From Priapulus caudatus (taxonomy: Eukaryota), in the NCBI RefSeq assembly GCF_000485595.1, contig NW_014577067.1, positions 983,584-1,040,941 on the forward strand: DNA of 57,358 bases, in the 5' to 3' direction. Made by a program: the position numbers and the translations under genes. The notes beneath the pieces were generated by a model. It was not told the origin of the DNA. It saw only the letters and a list, made by a program, of their open reading frames with translations, and made no database searches. Shown here in pieces: positions 49,701-57,358 of the stretch. The stretch's first letter is position 1. Each line of letters begins with the position of its first letter.

Positions 49701-51124
49701 ATCACATTGCTCGCACAGCTGCTATTATCCACGTCGGAGCACAATTACAGGGTATGGTCGGGAGTTTTGACCGCTGCTGAGTCACTAGCAATGATGATGA
49801 TGGATCGGAGGGGTCCACCAGGTCCTATAATTATCCCGTTATCTAGCGAGAACCTGCTGAGCAAAGCGACCATACCTACACCGCCATATGGCACGCCGGC
49901 TAAGTCAAAACCATACACGTGTCACGCATGTCACGCATAAGCTACTATGCGATACATTACGCGACCAGTAATGTGTCTGTCTCTAATCCAAATAGGTAAA
50001 CACTTTGATGAGGAGTATGTTTGTAAGAGAAATGGCATTGAACTAATTATATCCCGAAACTCTGATTGCCTGATGATGAAGGAATGATAAATGTGTTTAC
50101 ACAACACCCAGTAATTATCATATTCTACGGACACAAAGTGCTCGCTATTGACAATGTTTGATAACTTACATCAAACGGAATGGAAAATTTAGAAGTATAA
50201 TGCAACAAATTAACGATAAAAAGTAGACAAACGCACGACTTCATATTCGTAGTTTATAAAATGTAAAAAAATGGGTTGTCCAGTACTATTATTAACGGTG
50301 ACCATCATTTGGACATGGCACGACAATGCACCGGTTATCAAGTAATTCGCATGTGTTCGAATAACCGAACGACGATTCGAATCTCGTTTGGAAAGAAAAT
50401 ACACGTATCTTTGCTCTCGATCTGCCCACGCGAGTGTGCTATTACGCACCCAGTCAGTAACAGCAACCAGGATTAAAATGCTGCTAACGACGTGCCGCTC
50501 ATTTTGCCTAGTAGTTAGTTTTCCGATTCTAGACACCTAGACATTTTCAGATAATCACAACAAGATCCAATTACACATGTACAGCCGTCGTGCAAGCGAC
50601 AGTTCCTCCTATTTGTATGTAATGCTGCGTATTGATTTCGCGCGCAGATATATTTCCCGTCTATCTGGTGTCACCACCAACTTGTCAGGTAAGGTGCTAA
50701 ACAACGCACGTACCATTAAATGCTAAGTTACTATATTAAAAAATTCAATGCATATGTTATATACACAGCAAAATATATCTAAGCGAGCGGTACGAACACA
50801 CACCTGCATGTAAAAAATCGTGAGACGGTTTTGCGGTTGCCATTTTCAAAAATATAACCGTATTAAGCACAATTCCACGGATATTTCGAAGGCTGCCCGG
50901 AAAAGACCTTTCCACTAGAGATTGATCATGTTTAATTTGTTGTGTTGTTCATAGCCGGGGTTGATAGCCTCCACTCCGCTCACCATAATATGGGGACCGA
51001 TGCCAGAATGGCTTCCTTGCACTCACGCTGCTGCACGCGGCTCTAGGTTAGAGAATGACACAAATATTTTTGCAAAAAAGCAGCAGGAAAAAATCGATGA
51101 GTTGGCCGGCTTCTGCAGGAGATG

Positions 51125-51133
51125 TCTCTTGTA

Positions 51134-51175
<42 letters not shown>

Positions 51176-51495
51176 GTCTTTCTCTTTCTCTTTCTCTCTC
51201 TCTCTGCTCTCTTCTGCTTTCGTCTTCTCGTTTCTGTCTTCTCAGTTTCTCTTTTCGTCTTTGCGCTCTTCTCTCTCTCGTTCTCTCATCTCTCTCTCGT
51301 CTGGTTCTCTGCTCTTTTCTCTTGTCTACTTCCTCTTTCTCTCTATCTCTCTCTCTCTCTCTGCTCGTCTCTTTCTCTCACTCTCTCTCTCTCTCTTTCG
51401 TACTCTCTGCTCTCATCTCTCGTCTCATCTCTCTCTCTCTCTGTAGCTCTCTCTGCTCTCTCTCTCGTCTCTCGTCTCTCTCTCTCTCTACCTCC
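51125..51495. repeat. Degenerate (CT)n microsatellite
   Basis: CT run. Confidence 0.9.
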
Positions 51496-52249
51496 CCTCC
51501 CTGCGCCTCCCTATCGCTCCTTATTTCCGGCATCCATCTATGCTTATCCCCTTCTCTCCCGACTGTCTTCGCCCTTCCCACTCCTGTATCTCTCCGGCTT
51601 CTCCTGCGCTTTCTGCCATTTCCTCTCGACTCTCGCTCCTTCCTTACCATGCTCGGGCTGCCGCCGTCGTGCGTCTTTCTGTCTCTCGCTCATCTCACCA
51701 AACACATGTTGACACCGGCTCGACATGCAGCAGTAGTGATCAGTCAGTCGAACGTAGAGCAATCGTTACCGGCGGGAGAGATTGATTTTTCCCACAAGGC
51801 CACAACGGGAGAGTCGCATCGCGCGCTGACAGGCAACAGAGCCGCACGCAGCCATCATCGCAGCACAGACCTGCGCAAAGAATGCGGGCGCATGTAGATC
51901 TCACGTCCCCGTGGCTGAGCCTACGCGTTAATCCTCTAGTGTAATGGAGTCAGTCTAATTCAGAGGCCGACCGCAATTTAATATATATATATATATATAT
52001 ATATGATAAATATATAAAATAACGCTAGATAGCGCGGGAGATCGATAGATGGCAGGAGCTGCGCCAGACAAGTGGATCAGTGATGTATGACAGCGATGAT
52101 GCACTCTGATGTCAACATGGCACTTATAAAAGAGAGCGAAAACCACACAGCGCTGCCTAGTTGGCTATCGCAGCTCTGTATGTTCCTGGTTGCGGAGAAG
52201 CGCGCAGTTCCTGGTGGCAGCCCAAAAAACTGTCATGGTAAGGGCTGGG

Positions 52250-52480
52250 CGAGAGAGAGAGAGAGAGAGGAGAGGGGGGGGTAAGGAGAGAGAGAGAGGA
52301 GAGAGAGGAGAGAGAGAGAGAGAGAGAGTGTGGCGAGAGAGAGAGAGAGAGCGAGAGAGCGAGAGATGATAGATAGAGAATAGAGAGAGGAGAAGAGAGA
52401 ATAAAAAAGGAAAACACTAAAGAGAGAGAGAGAGAGTAGAAGAGAGAGACAGAGAGTGCGGGAGAGAGGAGAAGAGAGAA

Positions 52481-52526
<46 letters not shown>

Positions 52527-52560
52527 AGAGAGAGAGAGAGAGAGAGAGTGGGCTTCAGAG
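52250..52560. repeat. Degenerate (GA)n microsatellite
   Basis: GA run. Confidence 0.9.
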
Positions 52561-54339
52561 AGATACATAAACCGATAGGGGAAGAAGGAAGGAGCGGGAG
52601 GGAGTGGAGGGGAGGGGAGGGAGGGAGCAAGAGGAGGCGGGGACAAATAGAAATGAGGCAGGACGGAGGTGGGAGGAGACGAGCTGGCTAGTATAATTGC
52701 ACAGCATGGGACTTACTAACCAACATTGCGTGTTTGCGAACAACCCACTTTTTTAGGTTTTTTGTTTTTAAATGCCCGCCGAAAAATTTTCCTTTAGGCG
52801 AGGTGGAACTAAATCCGCGGCACGCGAGGAATTCTTCGGGCGGTCCAAAGACGAGCGTTGACGTCTTCGAAGCGCAGAACATAGGAGCGCGCACCTGCGT
52901 GCTGTGCGGATTGCCTACTACGTGCGCAAGCATGCAGTTGTTCAACGGACGCGCCCAAGCAGAGCTGCGTGTTCACAGGCAATAGGCCCGCTGAACCCAA
53001 GCAGCTGCGTGTCGAGAAGCAATGAAGGGGCCCGGCTGACACCGCTGAACCCGCCGGCCTAGGCGGACGCGCACCGAGAGAGGTTGCAGAGGGGGAGTCA
53101 GTGGGAGAAAGGGACGGGGGGCTGCTGATGGGAGAGGATTCGGCAGTCGAAGCTAAACCACCCGGGCAGCGAAAGTCAGTGAACTCGACGGGGGAGGGGG
53201 GGAAGGGGCGGCGAAGAAGGAATGGCGGGTTGAGAGGGAAGGGGTTTCTGTACGGGGCGACTACTTTCCTCCTCGGGTAAGCAGCGCCAGGTAGAGGAGG
53301 TGAGTAGGAAAGCGTAGGAGGGTGCGTAGGAAGCGTAGGAAGGGCTTAATTTCAATTGCAATAGGATTCCAAAACGTTGAACTGCATACAGAGGGCTGCA
53401 GCCAATGGGTACTGATACTGTATATGCGAGGCAAAAATCTATAATTTATACATAATATATATCTTAAATAATAGTCATTATCAACATGTAAAAAACAATA
53501 AGACGTACAGAATTTGTGTGCAGCACTTCTCGCCTATCAATTTACGCCCAATTGGCAACAATGTCTATTAGTGGGCGATTCCAAGAGGAGGTGAAGAGAA
53601 GATGCCGGGAGGGGAGTAGGAGTGAGGGGCGATGAGGAGGGAGGAGGAGGGGGATGAGGAGGAGAAGGGGTAGAGAGAGAGGAGGGGTGATAGGAGAGGA
53701 GGGGATTAACATCGCAGTAGCATGAGGCGCGCTGGGCGCTAACCACGCGCGTGCGTCCCGTGTGGGGCTAGGCGAGAGATCTAAGAGCCACATGGCTGCG
53801 CCGGGTCGCTCACGCTACTCGCAGCGGGGGCAAAATGTCCGGACCGCATCCCTAGTCTGCCATGTGGTGGACGGAGGCTGAGGATATACCGCTTGCTGCG
53901 TGGGCCGAACCGTGATATGTGGAGGGCAAGCACACGCAGGATGGCGGTGCTGCGTACGTGTTGGTATCTTGTTTAGGATCGCAAGAGAGATGAGAAGTTG
54001 AGCCGCGTCATAGAAATAATAGCAGCTCTCTCTCATACGTCGTTGCGCATCATTCTTCTATTTCCTTTCCTCATCCACTAGGGGTGCTTCGGCACTCCTG
54101 CCTCCTGCGGCGGGGGCTGCGCGCTGCTCCTCGCTGCCTCCTAAAATGGCGCCTGTACACAACACATCAGACGTCGGTAACCGCCGCCTACTGTGTCGTG
54201 GTCTCCTTTGGTTTGCCGTGCCTCTCCTTTATGCCTGTCTGCCTATCCTTCCGTGCTTTAGTCATTGCTACCGTTCGGTCCATGCGGGTGCAGTGAGAAA
54301 CGCGAGTATATCGTCAAGGTGTACACGAATCGCCCTGCA

Positions 54340-54361
54340 GTAGAGAGAAGAGAGAGAGAGA

Positions 54362-54392
<31 letters not shown>

Positions 54393-54600
54393 GGCCGAGA
54401 GCAGAGAGGAGAGCGAGAGAGAGAGAGGAGAGAGAGAGAGAGAAGAGATGCAGAGGAAGAGAGGGTCGGGGGGAGAATACTGAAGAGAGATAGAGATAGG
54501 AAGAGAGAGAAAGAGAGAGGGCGAGAGAGAGAAAGAGAAGAGGAAGAGGGGGAGTAAGGAGAGAAAGAAAGAGAGAGAAAGAGAGAGGAAGATGAAGGGG
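54340..54600. repeat. Degenerate (GA)n microsatellite
   Basis: GA run. Confidence 0.9.
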
Positions 54601-55389
54601 GAGCGGCTAAACACTTTAAGCTGGTTGCGGCGAGTGGTAAGAGCAGATGCTATGGAGGGTCGGCCTCTATGCAGTCGGCGCGTAATATAATTATAAGCAG
54701 ACTTCTGCCGGCTATTGTAAAAAGCGCATGCTCTTATGATCTGATCGCCTTGGCCGCAAGCAACCGATAAATAAACGTTCACAGCCTTTGATGTGCGTGC
54801 GTCGTGCTGTCGATGTTCGGCATCTGCTGCAGATTGCCGATAGGCGGCCCCTCAGAGCTTGCGCCGGCCGCTCGGCATATTTTACGATCCTAACCTCATT
54901 ATATTTTATTTCAAATGTCGGCATTTAGATGCCGCATTCGCTTCGTGCATCGTATTAATTCAACGCCTCGCGGTCGACGAATAAACAAGGTTGCGAGAAA
55001 AACGGCGCGGTACTTGTGGGGCGAACGCGTGCATGTCGAATTCGGCATAGCTTGCAAGCCCCACGGATGTTCAAACAGGATGTAAAAATGACGCAGTATG
55101 GCACAGCTCTTCCGGGTTGAAGAAGGATTAGCTTGGAGAATATGCAGTGTAAAAAAAAAAAAAAAAAAAAGCAATACCAGAGTGTATGCTACGTTTGTCG
55201 GTGACGGAATATGAAGTATGGAATCACATGAGTGTATGTATATATATCTATGATTGTCAAGAAGAAGTATGGCAGCAGTAGTACTGAGTATAGAACTACC
55301 TAGGAGTCGCCTTAATTATCCGGACTTAATATGCCCGGAGGGATAATGCGGCTTAAGCTAGGTGAGCAGCTGCTGGGCTAAGTCAGTGC

Positions 55390-55560
55390 ATGCATCATCA
55401 TCATCAGGGGGCGCCTTCAAAATCATCATCCCTCCATTATCATCATTATGCATCATCATCATCATTATCCATCATGGCATCATGTCATCATCAATCATCA
55501 TCATCATCAGCAGCAAGCAGCAGCAACAGCAGCAAGCAAGCACAGCAACAGCAACAACAC
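55390..55560. repeat. (CAT)n/(CAG)n trinucleotide repeat
   Basis: CATCAT and CAGCAA runs. Confidence 0.85.
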
Positions 55561-56704
55561 AATCAATTGTGGCCATCTGCAGCGCGTACGTTACGTCAGC
55601 AGCACGGCGTGGCACTGATCAGGTCAGCGAATCCAAGCAGATATGCATCAGGAGAAGTGATCCGAAAATTCTCTGCTTTTCATGATACTGGCGCGAATAC
55701 CGATCGCTGTCTACACTGAGACGAGCTGACGCCATCAAGGCTCAGCTGGAATTCAATAGAGCTAGTGCTGGAGTTGCGCATCACTTGGATCATCGACCGA
55801 TAAGCGAAAATTTGTAGTGAATAATTATGAGTATTCCTTACTAGCCAAACGCTATACAAAAATGCGCTATGTGTAATCGATAAAGATACAGGTGTGGTAG
55901 CTCTTCAGCAGACAATTCAAAAAAATACCATGATTCAGTTGGAGCCTTGATAGAATCGCCCGTTCAAATTGCTCCTCTCTGGGCGCACACCAGTGTCACC
56001 GCACAGGTCATGCAGCCGCTGCGCATGATACAGCAAGGGATATGAGGATGGCCTGTGTACATTATCCCTTCCTTACATGTTGACGACATGCGAATCATCT
56101 CAGCGCCGTTTCATGTCGTATACAGCTAGGCTGTACGTCTGGTGCTAGTGCGCTGCTAATGCTCAGGATCATCACTTAGCAAAGGTATCTTGACAGTGGA
56201 AAGTGCGCATGATAGCGGTTAGAGTCTACGTCTGTTATTTTTTGTTCCGCGCAAGCCAACAGACACTGATTAGCACACACGGCCACACACGGCGGACAGC
56301 ACGAAGACGCCGGCACGTCCGAGAGTGTTGGTAGGAGGGACGGGGGTGGTGTCCACGACAGAGTGAGACGATAATGCGTACGCACGACGACGAGCACGTC
56401 AACAGCACACGTGGGTACTGTTCGAGGAAGACGTCAACGCGTGCACAGAGCACTGCGCGTGCGCACCCGACGGGCCGCGAATCTTCATATGACAGGATCG
56501 AAGGGGAGGGGTTTACAACAGAAACAGAAAAACGAGAAAAAGATCCCAGCGAAATCTTAACAGACACTGGCGGACAGCGCGAGCCATTAATTGTGTAGAA
56601 GGAAAAGCTAGAAAAGGCGGCGGGGCAACTGTAAAGCGAACGCACATGAAAATCCTCCAGTAGATCTCCACGGCAATATTCCACGGATTCTCTCTCTCTC
56701 TCGC

Positions 56705-56839
56705 CGCAAACACACAACGCACGCACACCACACACCACACACACACACGACCACGGCCGCACGCACGCACTGACACGCAGTGCCTCACAAGCGCGCGTGC
56801 GCGCGCGGCGCGCGCGCGCGAGGTGGCACACCAACACAC

Positions 56840-56872
<33 letters not shown>

Positions 56873-57135
56873 CACACACACACAGCACACACACACAGCC
56901 ACACACACACCAGCAGCAACACACACACACACACACAGCACACCAACACACAACACACACACAACACAGCACCACACACACAACACACAAGCAAGCACAC
57001 AACACACTACAACAGCACACACTACACACTGGACACACACAGGCGGACACATGCCGACACACAACACACACGCACAATGCAGGACGGGTCACACGCAGAT
57101 GCACACACACACACTCCTTATACATACACACGCAC
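56705..57135. repeat. Degenerate (CA)n microsatellite
   Basis: CA run; source of the spurious Cys/Val-rich 360-aa ORF. Confidence 0.9.
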
Positions 57136-57358
57136 GCGACGCAGCCGGAACGCGGTGAGCACGCGCCGACAGTCACAGCGCAAGCAACGCACGCCGAGCA
57201 ACAACGACGAGCGAGATGACCATATGTATCAGTACCTGTCCGCACAGTTCTCACGGGACGGCTTGGGGCGAGCATACGCAGCGATACGAGGCTATCGAGG
57301 CGCACTCGAACAAACACAGCGCATGAACATAAAGCCGCTTATAGAAAAAATCCGTTCT

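Noticed and set aside
52790..53040. GC-rich plus-strand segment after a tttcctttag acceptor-like site
   Set aside because: No frame gives a recognisable protein, and the surrounding sequence looks like error-prone fill.
56235..57317. 360-aa Cys/Val-rich minus-strand ORF
   Set aside because: Open mainly because of the (GT)n microsatellite; the unique part has no recognisable homology.

Overview
Repeat-rich, partly gap-filled genomic DNA from an intron-containing animal. It is probably a bilaterian invertebrate, but the species cannot be fixed from the sequence. Two minus-strand protein-coding genes are visible. (1) A septin-7-class gene with 10 clean coding exons from 38799 down to the stop at 29383. 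It has one GC-AG intron, three extra phase-compatible candidate mini-exons in its last intron, and 5' exon(s) that were not found. (2) A gene for an LDL-receptor class A (LDLa) domain protein: a 120-nt phase 1-1 LDLa exon at 4430-4549 and a probable signal-peptide/start exon at 22041-22095. The rest is transposon debris and simple repeats. It includes a decayed AcademX-type element (XPG/FEN1-like nuclease plus Cys-rich tail) built from two inverted copies of its own 3' end with a nested foldback MITE, a Kolobok-like TTAA element, Harbinger/EnSpm/P-or-hAT-like MITEs, and a 78-bp loopless palindrome with a 9-bp TSD. It also holds a recurring set of 40-70 bp hairpin insertions, each with a 7-bp TSD and CA..TG ends (P/Galileo-like 'nano-MITEs'). 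Most long ORFs in the supplied track are microsatellite or N-gap artefacts. Some stretches look like error-prone long-read fill, so fine details there are uncertain.
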